Shown: positions 52,061 to 64,000 of the stretch, one piece after another
Layout of the letters: each line of letters starts with the position of its first letter
Position numbering within the stretch: the stretch's first letter is position 1
Source of the DNA: Lama glama
Taxonomy: Eukaryota
DNA: 64,000 bases
Assembly (NCBI GenBank): GCA_028534125.1
Contig: CM052816.1
Span: forward strand, 19,098,001 to 19,162,000
Reading direction: 5' to 3'
Notes under the pieces: generated by a model
Told to the model about the DNA's origin: nothing
Database searches by the model: none
What the model saw: the letters and a program-made list of their open reading frames with translations, nothing else
Made by a program: the position numbers and the translations under genes

Positions 52061-55000
52061 AGTGAAGCTCCTCCCCCTGCCCCCACCCCTGGACTGACCT
52101 CTCCTTTGGTAGGCACCCCCATATTTTGCTTCAGTGAGGCAGGCCTTCTGGCCTACTCACTGACAGGTCCTGTGCAGCTGGCACTGGCGGCATACATAGA
52201 ACCTGTTGGATGATAGGCCAAAAAAAAAAAAGTGTATTTTAACAATCCAGTGGCAAACAAGGATTTACCGGGTGCTTACTATGAATGAGGACTCGGCTCA
52301 GGGCCTACTGCAAAGGCAGGGGAGACCCTGCCTCTGCCCAGCAGCATGGGCGACCCAGAGATGTGGCTGCTGCACAGGCCGAGGCTCAGCGGAGGAGCTG
52401 TGCCCACTGCTCAGGGTGCTCAGGGAGCATTTCCTGCAGCAGATAGCCTAGAGCCAGACTTGGCAGGAAAGGCTGGAACTTCCTAGGCCAACAGAGCAAG
52501 GTGATGGGTGACAAGTGACAAGACAGCGCACAGGCATCTCGACCCCAGCCAGGGGCACTCGCTTGTGTCTCTGTGCTGAGAAGCCCAGAATTCCTCCCTC
52601 CTGTTCAGCGCCCAGTGGCCATGTGTGGTCACAGCTACAGTTAGGGCAAGACAGGAAGGGAAGACGGGCAGTAATTTCCCTCTCTCCTCCTGTCATGCCC
52701 CTCGAGTTCCCAAGCTCTGTTCTATTCTGTTCTTGAGTCTACCTTTCTGGGGAGGGTGGGAGACTGGGCCAGACAGCGCAGGGTGGGGACAGTAATCCCC
52801 TTACTTCCTTACATGTCACTCAGGCTGCATCAGTCACCCTACGTGGTCCAGCTCTCATCAGAGGCCATAGCAGCTGGGGGACGGCGTGGCTGATTTATTC
52901 ATTAGCCACTGTGATGTTTAATTTTCATGGCCAGGCGCCACCGGCCAACGTTATCTTGGGAGCTGGCCTTGGTGCCGCCTTGGAACGATCCACCTGAAGG
53001 TGCTGGGGGTGGGACAAGGGTCCTGGGCCCAACCCTGGCTGAGAAGAAAGGGAAACGCTCGAGGGCAAGGGGTGAGGCTGCCTTTTCTTTGGCTTTTCTT
53101 CCATTTATAACCGAGCCCGTTGTGTTTGCTTCTGAGGGCCCCGATATCAAAATAATATCGCATGACCCTCCTGACAGGTGAGGCAATAAAACTGCTCATT
53201 AATCCCGGGCCCCATCACCGCCCCTCCATGCTCCTCAGCAAAGGTGTGTAAATAGTCTGGCCTTTCCCTGACCCCTAAAAACCAACCCAGCCGGGGCTGC
53301 TTTGTCAAACTCAGAGAAAGAGTCTCAGAAACACTCTCTCCATAGAAGGCACTTTCCCCTCACTCCCCTACTCCACCAGCTGACCCCCGCCCTCCTACAC
53401 CTATGCACACCTACATTCACACACCTAAGGAGGGAGACTCCAGGCCCTCCGTGTCAGCAGTGTGCACAATCAAGAGACCTGCAGAAAAACATCCCACTTG
53501 ACCAGAATCAGCCTGGACTCTGTCTCCTATAAAATAGCTGAGATTTCTCATCAGAGAGGCCCTCCTTGCCCTGTTTCACACTGCAAATGCACATCTTCTG
53601 CTAAGAGTACTTTGAGCATGCTTAGCGGGGGCACCCAGGCTACCCTCCAGAGCCCACTGGGGTCCAGCACCCACTACAGACAGGGCACCATGATGTGCCC
53701 TGCAGCACACGGCGCAGGTAAGGTAGTCACTGGGGAAGAGGCCTCCATGGTCCTGGAAACTGTCCCAGCATCACAAATTAAAGGTCACTGTCTAGGCTGT
53801 GGGTTTATGACACTTTAGGGAGGGCACGGAGCTCAAAGTCCCACAACACCACCCTCCGAATCTTTGTGTGTCCAAAGCCCAGAAACCAGAGCCATGACCC
53901 CAGCACGGAGGAATGTGGCCCTAGAACATGTGTGGGCAGGTCATATGTTCCTTGCTGGCAGGAGTTCCTTCTGGGCCTGAGCTCTTGGGTAGGCGACCTT
54001 GATCTCAATGACATAAGATGTCACACCGCCCCGATTCCCACATGCAACCTTCCCACAGACAGGCCTGGCCTCTTGGGCGAGAGAACCCTCGTGTCCTTGG
54101 AGCCAGGTTATTGGCACAGGCCTGGCTGACCACCACAGCTTGCCCAGGCTCAACCTCCTCAACCTATCTGCCTGTGCACTCCATGCCCAGCCTGGCTGGG
54201 AAACCTGATATTTCTGTACCTTGAAACGACAAGGCTTCCTAAGCTTAAGAGAATAAATTAGAGTTGAGTTCACATAGGCTCAGCTGCGGCTGATGGGCAA
54301 ATTGATTTGCTTCCCATCTGGGAGATTAAATTCCACTGCCCCAAAATGGCAGCAGGGTAATGAGCTGTCAGTCAAACAGCGCAGAGCCGGGGCCCAGCAC
54401 GTAATTGAACCCTGGCAGCTCCTCATTAGGCCCCATGCGGGTCCTGGCTATGGATTCCCACCTTGAGGCCACCTCCGAGCCCCAGGAGAGAACGCACTTA
54501 CTTGGTGTGGCCGCATAGCCTCTGCAGGGAGATGCCACCTTGGGCAGGGGCTGGGCCAACTTGAGGGAACTTTCACTAAGCCAAGTGCCTACGATACGCT
54601 TGTCAACAGCCACTGACAGCTCCTCCAGGACTTAATTATGGGCCAATCCAAACACCTGGGAGGATGTTGACGGCATCCATGGAGATGACACCCAGAGGAC
54701 CTCACTTCCCAGGGGGCCCTCGCCTAACCCCCTAGGCCTTGTGTGTCCCCAGTCATGCCAGGGTTTCTCAGAGGGCAGCACCCTGAAACCATCACCACAC
54801 CCAACTCAGCCCTCTCCAGCATGCAAGCCCTGCATGCACACTGCTGCACCCTACATGATGGTCAGTGTCTCCGTTTATAAAATGGACAAGGAAACAGGAC
54901 CCAAGGGAATTCAGAAGCTGCCTTCTGAAGTCAACACCAGCCTGGGACTCAAGGAAGACTGGTTGTCCTCTCCCCCCGCACCTTCCACCCCCACTCCTCT

Positions 55001-56299
55001 TTCCACCTGTACTAACCCTGCTTCAGGCCACTCATATCTCACTTTCAGACCTTCACAAATGCCAGTTTCTCAGCCTGGAAAATGCTACTGCCACCTTTTA
55101 TTTATAATCCTGCTCAACCCTTCAGGTCTCTGCTCTTTGATCTCCCTTCCATCTCCCCCAGGAAGCCCTCCCTGACCCTGCTGTCCAGCCAGGTGTCCTC
55201 CCTCGGAGTAGCCTGCACACCGACTAGTCACAGCATTTTGCCTACTAGACATCTGTGATATGCTGACATGGCTGCCTCGCCACCAGACAGCAAGACAGCG
55301 AGCATCATTCATTCACACGCATCCCCGGAGCCCTCTGGGCTGAGAGCACAGTACTAGACTCTGGGCGTCCAGCAGTGAGCAAGCAAAGGAGACCCACCTC
55401 ACCCCCGACGAGGCCGGACACCAGGGCCCTCGCACCCTGCAGCACCGTCAGAGGGTCCGATGAGGGGAGGGCTATATCTGAGGGGCTGCAACAATCACTG
55501 GTTAGGCGGAGCCCACCAGGACCTCAAAGACCAGCATTAGGCAGAGCACCTGACTCAGAGAAGGCAGTGCGCAGACTGGGGCAAATGTGGCAGTTCTGAC
55601 CCTCTGGTTCTGCAAAAGTCAGGTAACACCCCGTGGGATCTCTGGCTTCGCGTGCACACAGAGTGGCGGCAGAGGGAAGCCTCATGTTGGCAAGAGGCCT
55701 CCACTCAGCCCCAGCTTGCAGCACTACTAACCACAGCCTGGATCCCATGGCAGCTGCCAATGCTGCTTGCCCTGGCTCTTGATATTAGAAGGGAGTGGAC
55801 ATGGAAACTTTACGGCTAGATGCTAAATCCATGGTATCAATCAAGGGGGAAAACAATGGGAAACGTGTGCAGGAGAAGCCTCAGCCCTTGCCTGTGTGCC
55901 AGTGAGGCTGGGGGCACACATTGTACAGGCAAGGTATTGGCCACAGGACAGGTGTGTTTGAAGAGCCACCAGCAGCATTTCTTGATGACCCAACACACAA
56001 GTCTGAGTCAGGAAGCTTCTCACAGCCCCAACTTCGAGGCAGGAGGACCAGCCCCGCTGCCCGCTCAGTTCAAGGCCTGGATTTTGGTACCGTCAGGCTC
56101 CTCCACCAGGAGAGAGAGGCCTGTGATCACAAGCACATGGGGCACATTGGCCCTTGCGCGTCTTCAGCATGCCCCTGACACGACCGCCACGGCACAGGGG
56201 CAGAATCACAATGGTGCAGGGCCTTCGAGATCCCATCTGTCACCTCCATGCTCGGGTGGAAAACAACAGTAACACAGGCAGAGACAGGGCCGTGTGAGG

Positions 56300-56480
56300 A
56301 CTAGGCACACTGAGGAGCCTGTACACGTTCTCTTATTTAAGTTTCCTTAAGACCCTGAGAATGAACATGATTAACCCCACTTTTTGGGTGAGGGAGCTTG
56401 GATCAGAGAAGTGAAGTGACTTAGCCAGGCCACACAGCAGGAATCTGGCAGAATAGGATTCAAAACCAGGAATGGGTCAC
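56300..56480 (-). mobile_element. MIR SINE
   Basis: CAGAGAAGTGAAGTGACTTAGCCAGGCCACACAGC...GGATTCAAAACCAGG. Confidence 0.75.
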
Positions 56481-56594
56481 TCTGAAGTCAATGCTTGTTC
56501 TTTCTAGTACGCTACCTCCCAATAGCCTCAAAAGGTCTATTATCCCATTTTACAGATGAGGAAAAATGAGGAGGGGATTAGCAACCTACACACA

Positions 56595-57225
56595 ACGCCA
56601 CCCGGCCAGGGAGCCGCTCGCCTCGGGCGTCCTCTTGGGTCTCCCGGGTACACGCCCAGGGCTCCAGCAAAGCCTAAACTGACACAGGAACCAGCCCCGA
56701 GCCCTGCTCCTCAGCAGGCTGGGGACCCGGCCGGGGCCTTCAGGTAATTAGTGGGCTCTTGTTAAGACCCAGTCGCGCCGTTCCCGGGCCAGGACTTGTT
56801 TTTGTTCCCAGGCGAGGCCCTCGCAGGAAGGCCAGGCGCACGTGCGCAGCCCCATAAATCCAGCCGGCGTCGCTCATTACAACGTTCCGCTTCACGACTC
56901 CGCCGCCCCAGCCCGCGCGGGCTTCTCCGGCCGCCGGGCCTCCCTGCAGCCCAGCCCGGCCGCCCCGAGCCGCCCGCAGCCTCAGACATGAGCTCATCCA
57001 GCACGCGGCGTGTGAGGAAGTGGCCGGGCGGCGCTCTCGGCAGTGAGGGGACAATGTGCCCATTAAGGCTGTCAGCTGTCAGCCCCACACTGATACCCTC
57101 CGCCCGGCGGAGGCCGGACCACCCCACTCCCGGCCCTGCCCGCCCTCCCGCCCACGCGCATGCGCCCCACGGGGGAGGGGGGCCATCCACGCCGAGAAGG
57201 ACCAGAGGAGGTCCAGAGCGCCTCA
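56595..57225. promoter_or_regulatory. orphan CpG island (candidate enhancer or promoter)
   Basis: Sharp local rise in GC and CpG; palindromes GCGCACGTGCGC (56836-56847) and GCGCATGCGC (57156-57165); GC boxes. Confidence 0.8.
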
Positions 57226-57844
57226 GCACTGCCTGCCTCCCAGCGACTGATCACCTGCCTGTGGGGTCTTGGGCAAGTCCCCTGACCCCTCTGAGCCTCC
57301 ATTCCCACAGCTGTGAAACGGGAAGCTACACCCCGCCCCAGCTGGGAAAGCACTGCTCTGTAGCCCATGGCCTCGGCACTTTGGCGTCCTGTGAGTACAG
57401 AACCAAACTAGTCCTTTATTTTTATGGTCTGAGAAACTGTTAGGGGATGAAGCACTGGCAAGCCATCTCACCTCTTGCAGGTGTGGTCCCCTTGTCTGTT
57501 AAAATAGAGTTGGTAGCATAGTGTCAGGGACAAATGCTTAATAAACGTGAGCCATTTCTTTCTATTGCTCTGATTCCTATAAAGATTAGAAGTCATGTAC
57601 CTGCCATGGATAAAATCCAAACTCTGGCTATGGTCAGTGTTTGAGAGTAGCCAGCTCATCCCCATGTGGCCCAAGTTCAAGGGAACCCGGCCAGGTGGTT
57701 ATCAGTACCACACTCCATTCTAACCAGAAACTTACTGTATGTGGTTGAGGGTGCTGGAGTCATTGGCAAGCCCTTCTCCATCGGGTGCTATCACAGCTCA
57801 GAGAGGAGCTGGACGATGTCCAGTTTGGAGGGAACCTTCTAGAA

Positions 57845-58000
57845 CTGTGCTGTCCAACACAGTAGCCATTAGCTCCATGAGGTTAAATTTAAATTAAATC
57901 AAACTAAATAAAATTAAGAATTCAGTTCCTCATTTCCACCAGTTACATTGTAAGTGCTCAGTAGCCACGTGTACTCAGTAGCCACCTGTTCCAGGACATG
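57845..58000. mobile_element. MER3/MER33-like hAT-Charlie MITE
   Basis: CTGTGCTGTCCAA...GTAGCCA...AAATTTAAATTAA...TTCAGTTCCTCA...AAGTGCTCAGTAGCCAC. Confidence 0.75.
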
Positions 58001-59734
58001 AGTCCATGGCGCTCTTCAGAGCAATGCCCTGAGCTTTTCATACTATTTAACTCAGTGTATGGAGCAAAAATGACGGCCAGGGCATTTCCACCACCAAATG
58101 GTTCTAAGCTACCCATAAAGACAATGACAGTGATTGATAATCATGATGGTGGAAAGAGTGATATCCAGGTACGGATCATTTCTGTGTTCCAGGCACTGTT
58201 CTGGGTGCCGCAGATTCATTATGACATTTAGCACTCCACCCCTACCATCACCACCATCAACTACTCTACAGTTAGTGACATATCTCCATTTCACTCAAGG
58301 CAAAATAGACTCAGGAACTCAAGCAAGGTGCAATGGCAAAACCAGCTCTAACTTGAAAGCCAGCCTTCCCTCAGGTGCAGATCCCGGCCTAACCTTATCC
58401 TGTGCTTTAGCTAGGTTTGCACCCAGAGAGATACTTGCTCTTTCCAAAAGGTGTCAGCTCCCTGCCTGGCTTTCACTTAGCTTTGAGGACTTTCTCCTCT
58501 CAGGGAAGCTCAGACTTGTTTGTGAAGTTGACTCCTTGCCAGTAGGGTTGCCCTGCCCACATCAGCCACCCTAGTTCCTAGAAGGACCTGCTCACACCAT
58601 GAGGGAGACAATGGATCAACCCCCTTCAGGGAGTGTGGCCCTCTGCCACGTCGGGTCAACAGTGTTAAAAAGGACATCAGGTGTCTATTCACTTGTCTAT
58701 CCACTGGGGTTGAGTGAACAAATGAGTGCGAGGCTCTGGGCTCAAACAGCCTACAGGCCTCGGGCAGCCCCTGCATCAGGACCGCTGTGCCCACAGGTGG
58801 GCATCCACTGCAGTCATGCTGGCTACACCGGGGCTTCCACGCTTCCAGCCAGAGCAGCATCCTAAACAGGATCACACCCTGTGCTGTAGGCAGAAGGAGG
58901 TACTGTGCCTTCCCCAGGGCCCGAGCCTACGTTTGTCTCGCTGAAGCCCTAGGACTCCGGTTTAAGAGCTTTTTTATAGACTCCTATAAAGGAGAAAGTG
59001 AACTTTTAACATGTTTGCACTCCACTAAGTCAATATGTGTAAAAGGGACAACAGCTGAGCTTCCTCTGCCCAGATGCGGTCCAGCAGGGCTGGAGGGCAG
59101 CGTGGGTGCCACCTGGCTACTGTGGGCATTTGTGACCTCTTCCCTTCGCCCTTGGGCCTGGAGTATGGCCCCCAGTAAGTAGGCTGCTGTCCACCAGACC
59201 ATGGGCGGGCACTAATGAAGCCGGAAAGCCCTTCCTGACTGGGCTAATGGGTGGCTCCTGCCCTCACTCAGCCGAGACGGCCCCCCAGACGCACAGTTTT
59301 CATGGGAAGATTTAGAGGAGGGAAAATGCGGAAGCTGTAAAGTTTTACTAGGAATTCTCAACCATCCTCCTTTGGCCCTGACACTCATGCTGCCCTTCAT
59401 TTTTAAGAGAGCTTCCTTTCTGCTTTGAACTTACCCCTTGAATCTAAGCACCCCCGTGCCCGCCTCCAGGATCCAGGATCCGGGCTCAAACTTCAGAGAT
59501 GCCTGCCCAAGAGGAAGAGGAAGACAGCTCGGGCATCCCAAAGGGCCTTCTCCTGCCCAGCCTCACTCTGGAACAACCCCCAAGGACACGGTCTGCCTGC
59601 CTAGCTGTCATGCCAAGGTCACGGGAACCCAGGTTCCATGCCTGAGACCCGACATACTCCTCACGGCTCTCTCTCTGTTCACTCATTTGCATGAGCACCT
59701 ACTGTGTGCAAGGCCTCCTGGGCACATAGTGGGC

Positions 59735-59990
59735 ATTAGCTCAGTGGTTAAGAAAGCAGACATTTGAGTCTGGGCTGATTTCTGGGTTGGAGCCGCAGCT
59801 GTGCCACTTTCTAGCTGTAACCTTGGGTAAGTCACTTAGCTTCTCTGAGTCTATAACTTACGTCTAAAATAGGAACAGTGATACCCCCACCCCAAACACA
59901 CACCTGTCCACAATGAGGACGCTGTGAACATTAAACGTCATGGTGCACGTGTCCAGTATAGAGCAAGCACTCCATAAACATAGCTTAGAG
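59735..59990 (+). mobile_element. MIR SINE (a second, minus-strand MIR follows at ~60000-60130)
   Basis: AGTGGTTAAGA...TGCCACTTTCTAGCTGTAACCTTGGGTAAGTCACTTAGCTTCTCTGAG. Confidence 0.8.
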
Positions 59991-61908
59991 CCTAATAACT
60001 CTGTGAGGAAGACACCAGTCTCCCCACCTGGAGGACAAGGGAAGTGAGCAGGTTAAATGACTTACCAAGGTCATGTGGGAGAAAGAGGCAGAACTGGGTT
60101 TAAATCCCAGTTTTATCACACTTCAAAAACCATGTCTAGCACAACACCCCAGGCTTAGGAGCCAAGCAGGTCCCTAGATCAGCGAGAAATGCTTAGTGTC
60201 AAGAAACTTACCTGAAATTTCATAATCAACAACTCTACAAAGGAATCATTTTCATTTCAGCCTCATGGTTTAGTTTTGGTTCTTATTTTCAGCTGGCAAT
60301 GGCAGGGTGGGTGAGGTGGAGGTGTGGATGATAGTGCTTTTGGTGCTTAGGGGATTTGGTCTAGTGTGTGGGGCCAGTTTACTATCTGCTGCAGAAGACC
60401 AAACCCTCACTCCGCAGTTAACTAACCACGGCTGCTGAGAGGCCAGGCCCTCCGGCGCCCCAGCTGCAGAGGCCTGGCACACAGAAGTCCTCTGGCTGCG
60501 CACCTGGGGAGGGGTGGGTGGGAGGGGCTGCAGGCAGCAGTCAGGGCTGCTCGGCATCCCTTTCAAGGAGCTGCCATCTCTGTGCCACATCCTAGTCTGG
60601 AATCACCTGGAAAATTGATATCTTTTTGCAAATTCTGAGGACTGTCTGCTAACCAGCTACCTTTGCTAACCAACTCCTACTTTCTGACCAACTCTTACGA
60701 AGAGAATTGTTTGGAATCACTCATGAAATAATTTCCCCTTGTTTCTGAATGGAGCGAGACCTCAGTGTAAAGTCATGTAAAGCACAGACCTGTGGCGATG
60801 TTCAAGCCTGGAACCAACCAGAGGCACGAGGCAGAAGTAAGTGGACAGATCCGCAGGGAACATCTGGGTAGCACGTGGGGAAACGCGCCCCAGTGCAGAG
60901 GGACCACTCGACACCCAGTTACCAGCTTCATGTCGCTGCTGGCGAGGTAAGTGTCACTGTCTTGGTCTGCCTCCCTTTCTGTCTTTGCCTCACTCTCCTT
61001 ATAACAGCCTTGCAATGCCCAATCCCATGATAGCTGTCAGTGCTAAACTCTTTGATTAAAGAGCTGATCTGTTTTTCCAAGTTGCTAAAAGGTCTGGGAA
61101 TGTGTGGACCAAACAGGTTCTGGGATGCGGCCCACCCGGAGCAAAGGCTGTCCTATTCATGGAAGATTCCCAAGGCCTTACAAAGAGCAAAACACTGAAG
61201 CTGATGACTCCCCAGCACCTTTGCACCCCCACCCATCACCACAGCCTGAAGGTTCCTCTCAACAAAGCCAGGTGCCAATCACATGCTGTCTTCCCTAAAC
61301 CACGATGAAGTTGTTGGTTGAGGGCTTGCTCTCTGAGTACACCAAAGCCAAAGGTATTTCTGTAAAAATACCTGAAAAAAAGCTCACAGATTCCACTGTG
61401 GTGCTGACTTTCTACGCAGACAAGAGAGTGGAATGAATTCTCCTTTGTGCCCTGAAAGCACACGGAACCCATCCTTCAGCTGGCACTCGGCCTTCCAGGA
61501 GTTCTGCTCTCTGGAACACTGATATAAAGCCAGAAATGCTGCCCAGTGGAGGGGAACTGTTGTCACAAATCTCATGGTTGTGACTCTGTAGACTGCATCA
61601 GAGAGACATGATTATTCCTCAGCAACTTGCTATCCCCTCTGTTTGCTCCCAATCTGCTGTTGGACGCAACTCGGAAGGAAGTGGATGCTGAGAGGGTGGA
61701 GGATGTCCGAGAAGACACACCAGCAGAAGTGTTGGGTATTAAAGAGCAAAGGAATAACAGGAAACAGATACAGGAGAACTGGTGAGGATCAGTGGCTGGA
61801 GGGCATGTCAGGCGCGACAGCAGGGGATGGGGTGGGGGGCTCTAGGGCAGGTGGGGGACAGGCCCTGTGCTCGTCATCTCATCCAGCCTAAACTCAGCTC
61901 TTAGTGTC

Positions 61909-62416
61909 TGTGTTAGTTTCCCGTTGCTGTTGTAACGAATTAACTGAAACTTAGTGGCTTAAAACAACACAAGTTCTCCTGTAGCTCTGGAGGTCAGAAG
62001 TCCACTGGGGGCTTCACTATACTAAAAATCTAGGCGTCACCAGGCTGTGTTCCTTCTGGAGGGTCAAGGGGAGAATCCATTTCCTTGTCTCTTTCCAGCA
62101 TCTAGAGGCTGCCTGCGCCTTGTGGTTCATGCCCCTTCTTCCACCTGCAGAGCCAGCCGCCTAGCACCTTCTGACGGCTCTCCACCTCTCTCTGACCCCT
62201 GCTTCCGCCGTCACATCTTTGTTTCTCGTGCTGACCTTTCTGCCTTCCTCTCTCATTTATAAGGGCCCTTATGATTACATTGGACCCAACCGTATAATCC
62301 AGGATTAAGCCTCCCCATCTCAAAATCCTTAACTTAATCACACGTGCAAAATCTCCCGTGCCGTGTAAGGGGATTAGGATCGGACATCTTTGAGGGGCAT
62401 TATTCTGTCTACAACG
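61909..62416 (-). mobile_element. solo MaLR LTR (MLT1C/D-like)
   Basis: TGTGTTAGTTTCC...AGTGGCTTAAAACAACAC...CTGGAGGTCAGAAGTCC; 5-bp TSD GTGTC at 61904-61908 and 62417-62421. Confidence 0.9.
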
Positions 62417-63569
62417 GTGTCCTCAGACTCGGGGCATACGTGCTCCTCACACCACCAGGAACAGGGAAAGGTGCACTTGCCATCAGAAAAGGGTTAGCAG
62501 CATCTATGTGTTACTCAGAGAGGGAAATCCAGTATGACAGACAGCTTTCCTTACAAAGTGCTCTTTCTCACGGTGTTACCCAACGAGTGTGACTTTGAGG
62601 GCATCTGCTGCCCCAGGGGGCACAAGCCCCGCTTCCCCCATGCCTGGGCTGGCCCCAGGGTCAGGCCTGCCCTCTGCCCTTGTGGGAATTAGAACCCGGG
62701 CCCTCCTCTACTTAACCTACAACCTCCCCCACCAGGCTGCTGTGCCCCATTCAGATCTTTCATAGAACCGCCTAATACAGCTCCAGATATGGGCTCCAGC
62801 CACTTGGCTTTTGATTGGTTCTCGATCCTGCAGACTCCTGGCAGCGGGTGGAGAAGGGGTGACACAGAGCCACCGGGGGCCCGGGGAGCGGGCTCTGGGC
62901 AGCACCCCGTGTCCGCTATACACTGCAGCTCCCAAGGGACACACAGCGAACAGGCTGAGAATGGGCCGAGCCTGTGTTCCTGGGTTCATCGCCTACGTCA
63001 GCAGCTGGTGGAGCCTGCGGACCCCAACGTGACCACAGTCACAGGGACGGTGCAGCCGAGGATGAACGTCTACTCTTTTCCAAACACGACACCTGGTGGC
63101 TGACGCCTAATTCTCTGTAGGGTTCTAGCGTGCTGGGCGGGCTTTCTCTCCAGATCCCCATCCCCAGCAACACAGGCTTCTCTGCAGCCTTCATTTAGGA
63201 CCCTTGTCTCCTGGCCTCCCGGGAGGACTCAGGGAGGCGTGTGGGGTGACCAGCCCCCTCTGAACCAGGGGTGCTCACTTTCCAGGCTCCTTGAGGAAGC
63301 TAAGGGCGGGGGCCTGCCCCCTTCAACCACCTGCTCACCCTACTCGGTCTCTCAGACGCCCTCCTCCCAGAGCTGGGGGCCCTCCTCTCGCCAATACTGG
63401 CAACTCAGTTTCCACACTGACACTCAGAATTATTGGGCTCTATCGTCTGGGCTTTCCTTTTATCACTCAGACCAGAGCCAGCAGAAGTCATCACCGTGGA
63501 CTCCGGGGTCCCTCAGCATCAACAAAAGGTAGCAGGTACTAATTGCTTCCGTGCGTCAGGCACCGTGCA

Positions 63570-63750
63570 GAAGTCCCTGCAGCAGCGACAGCACAGAGGT
63601 GGGCACTATCATTACTCTTGTTCTAACAGGTGAGGCCACTGAGGCTTTGAGAAGTTAAGGGACTTGCCTGAGGTCAGCTAGGTAAGTGACAGAGCCAGGA
63701 TTTGAATCCAGGTCTGCCTGACTCCAGGGTCCACTTTCGTAACCACTCTG
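63570..63750 (-). mobile_element. MIR SINE
   Basis: CACTGAGGCTTTGAGAAGTTAAGGGACTTGCCTGAGGTCA...GAGCCAGGATTTGAATCCAGGTCTG. Confidence 0.85.
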
Positions 63751-64000
63751 CTCCCCACCCTGCCCTGGCCCTTCCCCTCCCACCACAGAGCTCCACCCAG
63801 AGGCCCCAGCTTGCAGGCTGTGGTGCCCAGGGAGCCCTGGTAAACCTAAAGCCAGCTCAGGGCCCCGTGTGCAGCAGCTCAGCTCCCCGGGGCCAGCACC
63901 CTGCCCAGCAGAGCCCCCTGCCCCCGCCGGCCTGCTAAAGCGGAGATAAACATGGCACAGGGTCCTGTGTTTCCTGAGGGGCAGCTTCCTTCTGCTCTGC

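Noticed and set aside
56796..57443. 215-aa Pro/Arg/Gly-rich ORF and overlapping antisense ORFs
   Set aside because: Expected from stop-codon scarcity in a CpG island; ends in a MIR fragment; no domain

Overview
Mammalian genomic DNA, most likely camelid (inferred from a Vic-1-like tRNA-derived SINE and the L1 3' end style). The window holds the 3' part of MACROH2A1 (H2AFY) on the + strand: coding exons 3-9, including both mutually exclusive exon-6 variants (macroH2A1.2 at 32164-32263, macroH2A1.1 at 34009-34099), the stop at 48906-48908 and a 3' UTR ending near 49510. Exons 1-2 lie upstream of the window. Intron 4 is inflated by an ~11.4 kb antisense nest of L1 insertions that can be reconstructed from target-site duplications: an outer chimeric L1, two younger L1s inserted ~45 bp apart that each carry a non-L1 3' tail, and a poly(A)-only insertion. 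A hAT/Charlie transposon remnant follows it. Downstream of the gene are a strong CTCF-like motif, homeodomain/T-box/FOX motif clusters and an orphan CpG island; by human/mouse synteny this side faces the PITX1 regulatory domain. I found no evidence of a novel protein-coding system: the ORF-track entries outside MACROH2A1 exons are L1 remnants or chance ORFs. Repeat family names come from recalled consensus sequences, and repeat boundaries without a TSD are approximate.
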